Source: Mobula hypostoma (taxonomy: Eukaryota). Taken from it: 56,754 nucleotides of DNA. Location: NCBI RefSeq assembly GCF_963921235.1, contig NC_086109.1, forward strand, positions 26,164,001-26,220,754, in the 5' to 3' direction. Shown in pieces: positions 24,414 through 35,713 of this stretch. Within the stretch, counting starts at the first letter, position 1; each line of letters opens with the position of its first letter. Made by a program: the position numbers and the translations under genes. The notes beneath the pieces are model-generated. The model saw only the letters and a program-made list of their open reading frames with translations, did not search any database and had not been told where the DNA came from.

Positions 24414-27400
24414 GCGCCTCTTCCTATAGATGCTGCTTGGCCTGCTGCGTTCACCAGCAACTTTGATGTATGTTGCTTGAATTTCCAGCATCTGCAGAAT
24501 TCCTGTTGTTCCCCTTTATGATAAGCTGTATTTGGTTAACTCGGGAGTAGATTCGGATCTGACGACGGAAGACCAGCGGCGCCTGTTTATACGTTCTTCT
24601 CCTATTGTGGATTCCACCTCAGCTTACAAACATCTCTCCCCTGCCAACTCCATGCATTGAACTGAACTTCCTTACATTACCATCGTAAGACTTCAAATCT
24701 TGCCGCCCGAGCTTGAACGAGTTTGGGAATTATATTTACTCACATATATATATGCATAACACTGTTAACTTTGGATTTACCTGGTTTAAGTTACTATATT
24801 AAGTAGTTACTAATAAATAGTGGTTTTAACATCAAAACCAGACTCCAGGTGTGTTCTTTTGCTGCTGGTTCATTTAAACCATTGTGTGTAAGTAACAGAC
24901 AGGAACTTGGAAGCATAAATTGGAAACAGATGTTCTCAGGGAAACATGGAAGAAATGTGGCAAATGTTCAGGGGATATTTGAGTGGAGTTCTACATAGGT
25001 ACGTTCCAATGAGACAGGGAAAGGATGAGGGTACAGGAACCGTGGTGTACAAGGGCTCTTGTAAATCTAGTCAAGAAGAAAATTAGAGCTTACGAAAGGT
25101 TCAAAAAACTAGGTAATGATAGAGATCTAGAAGATTATAAGGCTAGCAGGCAGGAGTTTAAGAATGAAATTAGAAGAGCCAGAAGGGGCCATGAGAAGGT
25201 CTCGAAAGACAGGATTAATGTAAAGCCTAAGGCATTCTACAAGTATGTGAAGAGCAAGAGAATAAGACGTGAGAGAATACGAACAATCAAGTGTGACAGT
25301 GGAAAAGTGTGCATGGAACTGGAGGAGATAGCAGACGTACTTAATGAGTACTTTGCTTCAGTATTCACTACAGCAAAGGATCTTGGCGATTGAAGGGATG
25401 ACTTACAGTGGACTGAAAAGCATGAGCATATAGATATTAAGAAAGAGGATGTGCTGGAGCTTTTAGAAAGCATCAAGTTGGGTAAGTCACCGGGACCAGT
25501 TGAGATGTACCCCAGGCTACTGTGGGAGGCGAGGGATGAGATTGCTGAGCCTCTGGTAATGATCTTTGCATCATCAATGAGGACGGGAGAGGTTCCAGAG
25601 GATTGGAGGGTTGTGGATGTTGTTCCCTTATTCAAGAAAGGGAGTAGAGATAGCCCAGGAAATTACAGGCTAGTGAATCTTACTTCAGTGGTTGGTAAGT
25701 TGATGGAGAAGATATTGAGAGGCAGGATTTATGAACATTTGAAGAGGCATAACATGATTAGGAGTAGTCAGCATGGCTTTGTCAAAGGAAGGTCATACCT
25801 TACAAGCCTGATTGAATTTTTTGAGGGTGTGACTAAACACGTTGATGAAGGTAGAGCAGTGGATGTAGTGTATATGGACTTTAGCAAGGCATTTGATAAG
25901 GAACCCCATGCAAGGCTTTTTGTGAAAGCAAGGAGGCATGGGATCCAAGGGGACATTGATTTGTGGATCCAGAACTGGCTTGTCCACAGAAGGCAAAGAG
26001 TGGTTGTAGACGGGTCATATTCAGCATGGAGGTCAGTCACCAGTGGTGTACCTCAGGGATCTGTTCTGGGACCCCTACTCTTCGTGATTTTTATAAGTGA
26101 CCTGGATGAGAAAGTGAAGGGATGGGTTAGTAAATTTGCTGATGACACAAAAGTTGGGGGTGTTGTGGATAGTGTGGAGGGCTGTCAGAGGTTACAGCGG
26201 GACATTGATAGGATGCAAAACTGGGCTGAGATGTGACAGCTGGAGTTTAACCCAGGTAAGTGTCAGGTGGTTCATTTTGGTAGGTTAAATATGATGGCAG
26301 AATATAGTATTAATGGTAAGACTGTTGGCAGTGTGGAGGATCAGAGGGATCTTGGGATCCATAGGACACCCGATCTTGGGATCCATAGGACACCCAAAGG
26401 TGCAGTGCATGTTGACTCTGTGGTTAAGAAGGCATACGGTGCATTGGCCATCATCAATCGTAGGATTGAGTTTAAGAGCCAAGAGGTAATGTTGCAGCTA
26501 AATGGGACCGTGGTCAGACCCCACTTGGAGTACTGTGCTCAGATCTGGTTGCCTCACTACAGGAAGATGTGGAAACCATAGAAAGGGTGCAGAGGAGATT
26601 TACAAAGATGTTGCCTGGATTGGGGAGCATGCCTTATGAGAATAGGTTGAGTGAACTTGGCTTTTTCTCCTTGGAGCGACGGAAGATGAGAGGTGACCTG
26701 ATAGAGGTGTACAAGATGATGAGAGGCATTGATCATGTGGATAGCCAGAGGCTTTTTCCCAGGGCTGAAATGGCAAACATGAGAGGGCACAGTTTTAAGG
26801 TGCTTGGAAGTAGGTACAGAGGAGATGTCAGGGTTAAGTTTTTTTATGCAGAGAGCGGTGAGTGCATGTAATGGGCTGCTGGCGGCAGTGATGGAGGCAG
26901 ATACAATAGGGTCTTTTAAGAGACTCCTGGATAGGTACATGGAGGTACATAGAGGGCTATGGGTATCCCTAGGTAATTTCTAAGGTAAGGTATTGTGCTG
27001 TAAGTTTTTTCTATGAAATTATAGGCTAGTAGCCTGACCTCTGTATTTGGGAAGATGTTGGAGCCAATTGTTAAGGATGTGGTTTCGGGGTACTTGGAGG
27101 CACATGACAAAATGGGCTGAAATCAGCATGGTCTTCTTAAGAGAAAATCTTGCCTCATAAATCTGTTGGAATTCTTTGAAGAAATAATAGACAAAGTAGA
27201 ATCAGTGGATGTTGTCTTCTTGGATTTTCAAAAGACCTTTGACAAGGCGCCACTCATGAAGCTGATAAACAAAAGATTACAGGAAAGATACTAGTATGGA
27301 CAGATCATTGGCTGATTGGAGGAGACAGAGAGTGAGGGGAGAAAAAAACAGATCCTTTTTAGATTAGTTGTTGGTGACAGTGGTGAACCACTTCTTTCTA

Positions 27401-28734
27401 CATTGTATGTTAGCGAGATGGATGATGAAATTGATGGCTTTGTGGGCAAGTTTGTAGACAATAGAAAGATAGGAGGGGCAGGTAGTGTTGAGGAAGCAAA
27501 GAAGTTGCAGAAGGACTTAGACAGATTAGGAGAATGGACAAAGAGGTGGCAGATGAAATACACTGTTGGGAAGTGTGTGGTCATGCACTTTGATAGAAGG
27601 AATAAATGCATAGACTATTTTCTAACTCAGGAGAACATTCAAGAATCTGAGGTGTAAAGGGATTTGGGAGTCCACTTGCAGGATTCCCTGAAGGTTAATT
27701 TGTTGGTTGAATTGGTGGTGAGGAAGGCAAATGCAATGTTAGCATTCATTTCAAGAGTACTAGAATATAAAACCAAGGATGCAATGCTGAGGTTGTATAA
27801 AGCACAGGTGAGGCCTCACTTGGAGTATTGTGAGCAGTTTTGGACTCCTTTTTTAGAAAGATGTATTGACATTAGAGTGGATCCAGAGGAGGTTCACAAG
27901 AATGATTCTGGGAACTCTAGGGTTATCATATGAGCAGCGTTTGAAGGCTCTGCACCTGTACTCGCTGGCATTTAGAAGAATGAGGGGGGGATCTCATTGA
28001 AACTCATCAAATCTGGTAAGGCCTAGATAGAGTGGATGTGAACAGGATGTTTCCTTTAGTGAGGGAGTCTAGGAGCAGAGGGCACAGCCTCAAAAATAGA
28101 GTGACATCAATTTATAACAGAGATGAGAAGGAATTTCTTTGGTCTGAGGGTGGTGATTCTGTAGAATTCGTTGCCACAGGCAGCTGTGGAGGCCAGGTCA
28201 TTGGATGTATTTAAGGGAAAGGTTGATAGGTTCTTGATTAGTCAGGGCATGAAAGGTTATGGGAAGAAGGCGGGGATTAGGGTTGAGAGGGAAATCGATC
28301 AGCCATGATGAAATGGCAGAGCAGATTCGATGGTCCAAGGGGCCTAATTTTGCTCCTATGTCTTAAGGCAGTTATCATTGGCAAGGTAACATGGGAACAA
28401 AGAATTGATGGAATGAAGCAGGGAATTTTTCTTTATTTGAGAATATGGTGAAGGTGAGATTAAAGCGCCACAAGATTTTACTCTGAATAAAGCTCTTTAT
28501 TGGTTCTTTCTCACTTGTGCAAGATATCATAAAGCATTTTGACTGAGATGAGTGGAATTTCATTGCAATTCAGTCTTTTATGAATTTTGAAGGATTGGAA
28601 GTATTTGTGATAATTATCTGGAACCCACTACTTCATAGGGATTAAGTAGATGAAGGGATTGTGCGTGTATGTATTTAATACAGACATACAGTGTTGAGAA
28701 AACATAAAGATTCTGATACCCTTAAATCCTTTGC

Positions 28735-29200
28735 TGTTATCATTTCAGAGGATCTGTCCTGGGCCCAGCTCGTAAGTACAACTACAAAGAAAGCACTGCA
28801 GCACTCTTGCTTCCTTAGAAGCTTGTAAAGGTTCAGCATGACATCTAAAACTTTTACAATCTTCTATAGATGTGTGGTGGAGAGTATATTGATTGCTTGC
28901 ATCACTGCTTGGTATGGAAACACAAATGCCCTTGAACAGAAAATCCTACAAAAAATCATTGATATGGTCCAGTCCATCACCGGTAAAGCCCTCCCAATCA
29001 GTGAGCACATCTACATAGAGCACTGCCACAGGAAAGCAGCTCTCATCATCAAAGATCCCCACCACCCTTGCCATGCTCTTTTCTCGCCGATGCCATGAGG
29101 GAGGAGGTACAGCAGCCCTAGGGCCCACACCACCTGGTTCAGGAACAGTTATTACCCATCAACCATCAGGCTCTTGAACCAAAGGAGGTAACTTCACTCA
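28735..29200 (+). mobile_element. Rex1/Babar-like LINE 3' fragment
   Basis: ORF 28838-29098 'FYRCVVESILIACITAWYGN...IIKDPHHP'. Confidence 0.8.
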
Positions 29201-29789
29201 TCCCATAACTGGCCTGCCAGTGCTCAGCTGCTCTACTGCCTGTTGAACAACAGCTTGGCTGATATCCTTCTCAACCCCATTCTCCATGTAACCTTTGGCA
29301 CCCTTACCTATTAAGAACTTCCGCTCTAAATGTACCTGTGAGGTGCCCTCCACAACCACCTGTGAAGGGGAGGAGAAGGATTGAGAGTGGGAGGGAGGGG
29401 GAAGCAATTATATCTGTCTGGCAGCATTCTTAAACGCTGAATTACAGTCCTTAGCTCAATTCTTTCCTTCTCCTGTGGTGATCAGACCCTGACAAGAGCA
29501 ATGAGAATATAGTCCAAAGCTGTAAGACAGAATAATAAATTAAAATAATTCTGCAAAAAGTGCTACCTCACTGCATTAATCGCAAAAAAAAAAAAAATCC
29601 TGTTCCCTTTGGGATCAAGGGTGCCTCACAAATACAGCTATCCTTTTCATTTTGGATGTTACCTTCAGAGCACTGTGGATGCAATGTTGTGGAAATTCAA
29701 AACCTTGCAGTGCTGGCCTTCATTTACTGAGGGCACTCAAGACATGACAGATGGATTACAGCAGGAGCCAAAAAGAAGAAACTCATCAA

Positions 29790-29928
29790 ATTCCAAACAA
29801 GAGAAAATCTCCAGACACTGGAAATCCAAGCAACACACACAAAACGCTGGAGGAATTCAGCAGGCCAGGCAGCAGCTATTGAAAAGAGTACAGTCAGCAT
29901 TTCAGGCTGAGAACCTTCATCAGGACCA
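29790..29928 (-). mobile_element. Penelope 3'-terminus-derived short repeat with decayed hammerhead motif
   Basis: Reverse complement 'ggtcCTGATGAaggttctcagcctGAAAtgctgact...gctgcctggcctgctgaattcctccagc'. Confidence 0.7.
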
Positions 29929-30036
29929 GAAAAATCATCAAATTATTTTGTGGGAGAAACGTAGTGAAATATGCTCAATATTATATCCACAGTTATTTGT
30001 TTCAATAATGCTCAAAGCAGGTTTTATTATTGAAGC

Positions 30037-30075
<39 letters not shown>

Positions 30076-30090
30076 CACACGCACACACAC
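30037..30090. repeat. Compound microsatellite (GT)n(AT)n(AC)n
   Basis: Direct reading. Confidence 0.9.
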
Positions 30091-30094
30091 AGTA

Positions 30095-30885
30095 TACAGT
30101 ATATGTCACCATATACAACCCTGAGATTCAGTTTCTTGTGGGCATTCACAGCAAATCTATAGAATAGTAACTAAAACAGGATCAATGAAAGATCAACCAA
30201 TATGCAGAAGAGAACGAACTATGAAAATACAAATATAAAAATACAGCAGTAAATAATGAGAACATGAGTTAATGAGATAGAGTCCTTGAAAGTGGGATCG
30301 ATTGTAGGAAAATTGCAATGATGGAGCAAGTGAAGTTGAGTATAGTTATCCCTTTTTATTTAAGAACCTGATACTTGAGTTTTAGTAACTGTTCTTGATT
30401 CTGGTGGTGCGAGTCCTGAGGCTCTTGTACCTTCTAACTGACGGCAGCAGCGAGGAAAGGGCATGATCTGGGTGGTGGGGTCTCTGATGATGGATGCTGC
30501 TTTCCTTTGACAGAGTTTCATATAGATGTGTTCAATGGTTGGGAAGACTTAACTTGTGATGTACTGGGGGAGTCCTGCCAAAGGGTCTCGGCCCGAAACT
30601 TCATCTGTACTCTTTTCCCTAGATGCTGCCCCACCTGCTGAGTTCCTCCAGCATTTTGTGCATGTTGCTTGGATTTCCAGCATCTGCAGATGTTCTCTTG
30701 TTTGTGACTGGGCCGAATCCATTACTTTTTGCAGGATTTTTCATTCAAAGACATTGGTGTTTCCATAACATGCTGTGCCACTACCAGTCAACATATTCTC
30801 CAATACACACCCATAGAAGTTTGTCAAAGTTTTAGATGTCATGCCAAATCTCCACAAGCTCCTGAGAAAGTAGAGGCACCGCCAT
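30095..30885 (-). mobile_element. Rex1/Babar-like 3' fragment with a Penelope-terminus repeat inserted at ~30570-30705
   Basis: Colinear with 11400-12170; insert begins 'agtcctgccaaagggtctcggcccgaaac'. Confidence 0.75.
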
Positions 30886-30966
30886 GCTAGAGCAATGTCT
30901 AGGAATTCACCCAAGAAAGTCTAAAGGTAATAATTTCATTAGACAACATTATGTTTTTTCCAGTGA

Positions 30967-30972
30967 TTTAAT
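30967..30972 (-). terminator. Candidate polyadenylation signal ATTAAA for CFAP276
   Basis: About 135 nt downstream of the stop; the region is AT-rich, so chance occurrence is possible. Confidence 0.3.
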
Positions 30973-31108
30973 TCTATTATTACATTATTAAGATGCTACT
31001 TCACAGTATTGCTACAGCTAGTTCTTTATATTGCAATGAGTTGTTGATAATAAAGAACAAACGCTCAACAAAATCCTAGTACAGTATTGAGCAGAAATAT
31101 CTTCTATT

Positions 31109-31179
31109 TCAGATTGCAAAGAAGCCACCATCTATTTTTCTGGAATATCCTCCACTGGTGGCAGCAGTGTGTTGACTTG
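31109..31179 (-). CDS. CFAP276: CFAP276 exon 5 (T-SQHTAATSGGYSRKIDGGFFAI*)
   Basis: tttcacag acceptor; matches recalled C1orf194 C-terminus 'SPHTAATNGGYSRKKDGGFFST'. Confidence 0.93.
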
Positions 31180-31629
31180 CTGTGAAAGAAGTAAAAGAAA
31201 TTATAAATTAAATCTAAAGCATACAATTCCTTCCTAAATACAGTTAAAAATGTATTTCTCCAACACCTGCAGATTTTCTTTTGTTTTTAAAAATATACTC
31301 TTTTCTTCGGGAGAATGTGATTGCTAAACCCTGGTATAACATCTGTGTGTCTCAATAAGAATTATTATTAAAATTATATTTGATATATCCAGTCTAAATA
31401 TGAACCTATTTTCACAGCATACCCATCTCAAAGTACTTCCTAGAATGGAGGTCAGAGATAAGAATGTGAGCTGATTTTTTTTTTTGCGTCTTGCAAGAAC
31501 AAACATCCCAGACACACTGTCCTCATTATCTTTACTGAATTTTCAGTAAGGAGCAGAGCTCAAATGTAAGAACACCCTGGAAACATTTGATTCGGTAATG
31601 TAACATAAGAGCCTCAATATACACTGGAT

Positions 31630-31890
31630 CTTGCAGTCCATCCCCATAGGACACTCAAAACTGTTGCACATATTGACAGTGTTGTTAAGAAGGCATATGG
31701 AGTGCTGGCCTTCATCAACCATGGGATTAAGTTCAAGAGCTGTGAGGTAATGTTACATCTATATAAGACCTTATTTACACCCCATTTGGAGTAGTGTGTT
31801 CAGTTTTGGTTACCTCATTACAGGATGAAGGATGTGGATACTATAGAGAGTGTGCAGAGGAGATTTACAAGGATGTTGCTTGGATTGGAG
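31630..31890 (+). mobile_element. CR1 RT fragment
   Basis: 'VVKKAYGVLAFIN...LYKTL..PHLE...VQRRFTRML'. Confidence 0.7.
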
Positions 31891-32436
31891 TGTTATTTGG
31901 CTTTATAATCACTCATGTTAATTATAACAATGTATTCCCAATAACTTTGTACTACTACCATGTCATGTTTATATCTTTATGCAACTAATAAAAAAATTGG
32001 AAAAAAAAAGAATTCTGCAGTTTCTTAGACTGGATGCCAGAGACTTCTGACGTGTATATATGCATTTCCTGATCATACTACATCAACCGTAATAGAGATT
32101 CTACTGTTTTTCTTTATCTGAGATGTACATCAGTCTACAGATTGTTACCTTGGACCCACCAACAAAATTCTGCTTCCATTCAGTAGATAGCTGCCAGTTC
32201 TTGTAAGTTCCAGGAAGGCAGCTGATCAGAAATATGCAGATGATGCCCTGATATCAAAATTCCCAAGTATTGGTGTCTACATCAGGTTTGGCATCAGCCT
32301 CTGCTGTGTCCCAAATTAAAATTGCAGATGTCATTTCCACCCTCTCTTGCTACACACCGAGCTCAGTATTACTGAACCATCTTAACTGGTCCTAACAATC
32401 TATTACTGTTTTAGTGAAGTTATAGCAAAGTAGCAG

Positions 32437-32625
32437 AACATAGAACATAGAAATCTACAGCACATTACAGGACCTTCAGTCCACATTGCTGTGCCGAGCA
32501 TGTAACCTACTCTAGAAGCTGCCTAGAATTTCCCTACCACATTGCCCTCTATTTTCCTATGCTCCATGTACCTACCTAAGAGTCTCTTAAAAGACCCTAT
32601 TGTATCCGCCTCTACCACCTTCACT
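32437..32625 (-). mobile_element. CR1 3' end fragment
   Basis: (aacatag)2 tail; 'VVEADTIGSFKRLLGRYM'. Confidence 0.75.
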
Positions 32626-33313
32626 GGTAGAAGCAAAAAATCTATAAAAACTGCAGAATTCTTGTAGATATTGGATTGGCAACAGAAAATCAAGATAAAA
32701 TGAAAGAGTTCCGAAGGGAAGCAGGATGCTACTCTGCTACATCTCCTCAGTGATGTCAATCACTGTTCATGGGTAGATTCCTTATATATACCATGATTAT
32801 ATTTTCATACTTTAAAATATTAAAGGCTACTAATTAAACAAAATTATTAACATAAGTTGATGTGGGATGGATTTAAATGCCTAAAGCACCCAGTACCACT
32901 TGATAGCAGAATTAAATGTCAAGGTTTGTTCTTATAATTTCTCCAAATGGTAGAAGTGCTGCTTTCAGTCACCAATAAAAACCTTCCCATGAATGTTCTA
33001 CTATAATGAAGCATTAAATGGAAATATGTACACTTAGAATTAAACAACAGTTTTATACTAAATGTCAGGACTAATCTGTGAAAGAATATGGCTTTTTTAA
33101 ATAATTCCCAATCAAAATGAAATCATTGAGTGCCACAACTTTATATCAAGGCTTATTTCTATCTTAGCTTGAAGAGTTGGGTATATATGGGATGGCAGAG
33201 CCAAGAAAGATATGTGCCAGGAAACAACTATTGTGGAACATGCTGCAGTAATAAGTACATACAAAACAATTTTGATTTAATTTGGACCATGCAATACAAA
33301 ACTGGTATCTCAC

Positions 33314-33516
33314 TTATTGCTCCATCAATGCTATGAACGGATGATTTTGTTGGTGAAATCCAAAGTCTTGGGGGAGATCTTGCTTGCAAGTAAATACCAC
33401 CGGTTCCTGTGTGTTCGGGCACACAACCACAAACATCTGTCTGCACTCTGTCCTTAGCTATTTTCCGACGAAACACTTCTTCAGGTTCTTGTTCATTGGA
33501 ACTCAACCAACAGCCA
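33314..33516 (-). CDS. CFAP276: CFAP276 exon 4
   Basis: tttacag acceptor and gtgaga donor; 203 nt, phases 2 and 1 fit neighbours; 'RLWISPTKSSVHSIDGAI' resembles human 'RHWINPKKESIHSIQGSI'. Confidence 0.88.
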
Positions 33517-33582
33517 CTGTAAATAATTCAGAGACGGTAGTAAACGGCTAAAGAAGTAAGAGAGAGTGTGTGTGTGTGTGTG

Positions 33583-33990
33583 TTACTGCCTGTTACACCA
33601 CTGGCATTTACGGCAGCAATGAAGGTCCTCTATCTCTGGTGGTGTTCAGGGCTTCCTTCATTATGTCACTAACTTTGTCTCGGTTTTCACTACTGTCCAT
33701 CATGTAAGTCCTGGTAGACGTTCAGGAATAACATCACACTCAGATGTAGAAGGATTCTTCATTGCTGTTTCACTAACAATTTTGTTTTACCAGTCAGGGT
33801 TGTTAGCCCTAAGTTTAACCCCTGAACCTAGTGGACCAGTGGACCACTTTTATTCTGTCCTTTACCCTTTGACCCGCTTGACATGGGTGGCCCTACCAAG
33901 AGCCAAAGCACAATGCCTTGACTGCCCTTCGGGTCTCTGAGGGACACAAGCCTCCTAAATCACAACAAGGTTGTGGTCCCCTTGGAAGGA
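33583..33990 (-). mobile_element. Internally deleted RTE-like non-autonomous element
   Basis: Reverse strand 'RTFIAAVNASGVTGS' resembles an RTE ORF end, joined to a non-coding 5' portion; abuts a (GT)n tract. Confidence 0.45.
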
Positions 33991-34565
33991 AAAAGTAAGT
34001 TTACAGAAATTATTAACCAGGACCTTCTGCTCCTTTATCTTATGGTCTTATGAATAATTGCTTTTGCTAAGTGACATCACCCTTGATGGTGCAGTAAGTC
34101 AACACACATTTATCATCTGCCAATATTCTTATTGTATTCTCATTAAAAAATTTAATACAAAAAGTATTTCTTTACTTTTGCTACTAAATTGCTTTTTGCA
34201 AATTGTCTTGTATTTTTGCTTTTTACTAAGGTTGATTTTCTATCTATCCATTGTTCTACAATATTACAGTAATATTACATCTCAGTTCTATTAATTTTTA
34301 TATATGTTCTTAATGAACAGTAATTTTTAGACTGCAGTTTTTTGCACTGGGAGCTTTCATAAGTTCTTGCAAATTTTATTTTCCCAACTTAATTCTTAGA
34401 AATTAAGGCCATAAATTCATAAGTATCATGCTAACTTGATGATGAAAGTCTATGTGGCAGCCACTGTATTTTATTGCATTAATGCTGATTCATTCGTTTA
34501 ATGTTCATGTTTACAGTATGTATCATAAATTTAACACACATGCACTATTCTCATAAAGCACTCAC

Positions 34566-34678
34566 CTCTGAGGATCACAAGTTGATTTTTGAAGAAGCAC
34601 CTCATTTTTATGCTTCAGAAACTCGTTTGAATGGTCATAAATAGCACTAAGATGAATATCCAGACTGTCTTTTGGTGC
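34566..34678 (-). CDS. CFAP276: CFAP276 exon 3 (APKDSLDIHLSAIYDHSNEFLKHKNEVLLQKSTCDPQ)
   Basis: ctaacag acceptor, gtgagt donor; resembles human 'IPKDDLDFRLAALYNHHTGTFKNKSEILL'. Confidence 0.93.
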
Positions 34679-35195
34679 CTGTTAGAACATTGCAGAGCTA
34701 TCAAAACTACATGAATAAAGTAACTTCTCTCATAAACTATAAATTGGAAGAAGTGTTTCTTCTGCTGTACTTTAGCTAATTTGTCTTCTTCTGCACCTTT
34801 ATGTTTTCCATGAACATCTTAAATCGAAGTATGACAGTGAAGATTTTTCAGATATAGCAGAGCTGATTATTTTCAACTCTGACCTGAGGGACTATTTGTC
34901 ACACTAGGATTTCCTTGTGATGTTAAGTACTACCTGGAATTGGGATGCATAATGCCATTGACAATGGGTACCAGTATTGAACTAAAATGGACATGACACA
35001 GATACAATGTTATGTTACCTCTATTTATGCCATTACAGACAACCACAGAAAACTGCTTAGCTTAGATGGCAAACCTTTGGGGAGACTTGGATTGATTTAA
35101 ATATTTATTTTTTCCTGTTGTTTTACTTTTGAGGGCGGATGGTGGAAAGAAAATGATCACTCTTCTGTGATTAAAAATTCAATAATATGAAGCAA

Positions 35196-35495
35196 TGGCA
35201 CTGCAGTGTTGTGGTTAGCACAACGGTTTACAGTACCAGCGACCTGGGTTCAATTCCTACTGCTGCCTGTAAGGAGTTTGTATGTTCTCCCTGTGACTGT
35301 GCAGGTTTCCTCTGGGTGCTCAGGTTTCCTCTGGGTGCTCAGGTTTCCTCCCACAGTCCAAAGATGTTGCGGTTGATAGGTTAGTTGGTCATTGTAAATT
35401 TCCTGTGATTAGGCTTCGGTTAAATTAGGAGGTTGCCGAGAAGCATGGCTCAAAGTTCCAGAAGGGCCAATTGCGAGCTGTATCTCAATAAATAA
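35196..35495 (+). mobile_element. V-SINE (HE1-like) with internal 19-nt tandem duplication
   Basis: B box GGTTCAATTCC; V-domain 'ggagtttgtatgttctccctgtg'; (aggtttcctctgggtgctc)2; ends aataaataat. Confidence 0.8.
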
Positions 35496-35519
35496 TCAAC
35501 AGTGTATGGTTCACAAGGC

Positions 35520-35713
35520 CAGCTGGTGGCGTAGTGGCATCAGCGCCGGACTTCGGAGCAAAGGCTCCCGAGTTCGAATCCAGCTGTGCCGGGTCAAGCG
35601 TCAAACTAGCAACTCGGCCTTGTAAAAATAAGAAAGCCCGCTAAAAAAAAACGCCGTCATGACGGCGTCCTGATAACTCCACTCGGAGTCAAGGGCTTTC
35701 TTCTTCTTCTTCA
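35520..35713 (+). mobile_element. Young short tRNA-derived SINE with (TTC)n tail
   Basis: A box TGGCGTAGTGG, B box GAGTTCGAATCC; perfect 15-bp TSD tatggttcacaaggc at 35505-35519 and 35714-35728. Confidence 0.88.

Larger units (their letters stand above)
22040..24509 (+). mobile_element. Penelope-like element (Neptune-like), 5'-truncated, with inverted 5' arm
   Basis: Plus arm from ~23103: RT C-terminus 'KFTWSISDTSLPFLDL..YYKPTD', Cys linker 'CKQNKCYTC', GIY-YIG 'VIYCVRCSRCGLLYIGET'; minus arm 22040-23077; 17-bp TSD tcccctttatgataagc at 22023-22039 and 24510-24526. Confidence 0.92.
21621..24897. mobile_element. Solo LTR (~790 bp excluding the Penelope insertion)
   Basis: TGTGAC...GTAACA termini; 5-bp TSD ggcag (21616-21620) / gacag (24898-24902); CR1 sequence rejoins across it; AATAAA near right end; related copy at 49916-50722. 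Confidence 0.8.
19945..27014 (+). mobile_element. Near-full-length CR1 LINE (5' UTR, ORF1, ORF2 APE+RT, 3' tail), inactivated
   Basis: CpG-containing 5' UTR; ORF1 at 20151; APE 'CVYFNAKSI...DIVAITETW...GGGIAL'; RT ORF 25451-26236; flanked by GAAATT at 19939-19944 and 27015-27020. Confidence 0.9.
19567..28365 (+). mobile_element. Old CR1 LINE (outer host; pieces 19567-19944 and 27015-28365)
   Basis: 'NVIPLFKKGGK*KKGN' at ~19940 resumes as 'NYR..LTSVFGKML' at 27015; RT remnants and 3' tail to ~28365. Confidence 0.85.

Noticed and set aside
35520-35590. tRNA-Arg-like gene
   Set aside because: Followed by a SINE body, tail and TSD; it is a SINE head, not a tRNA gene.
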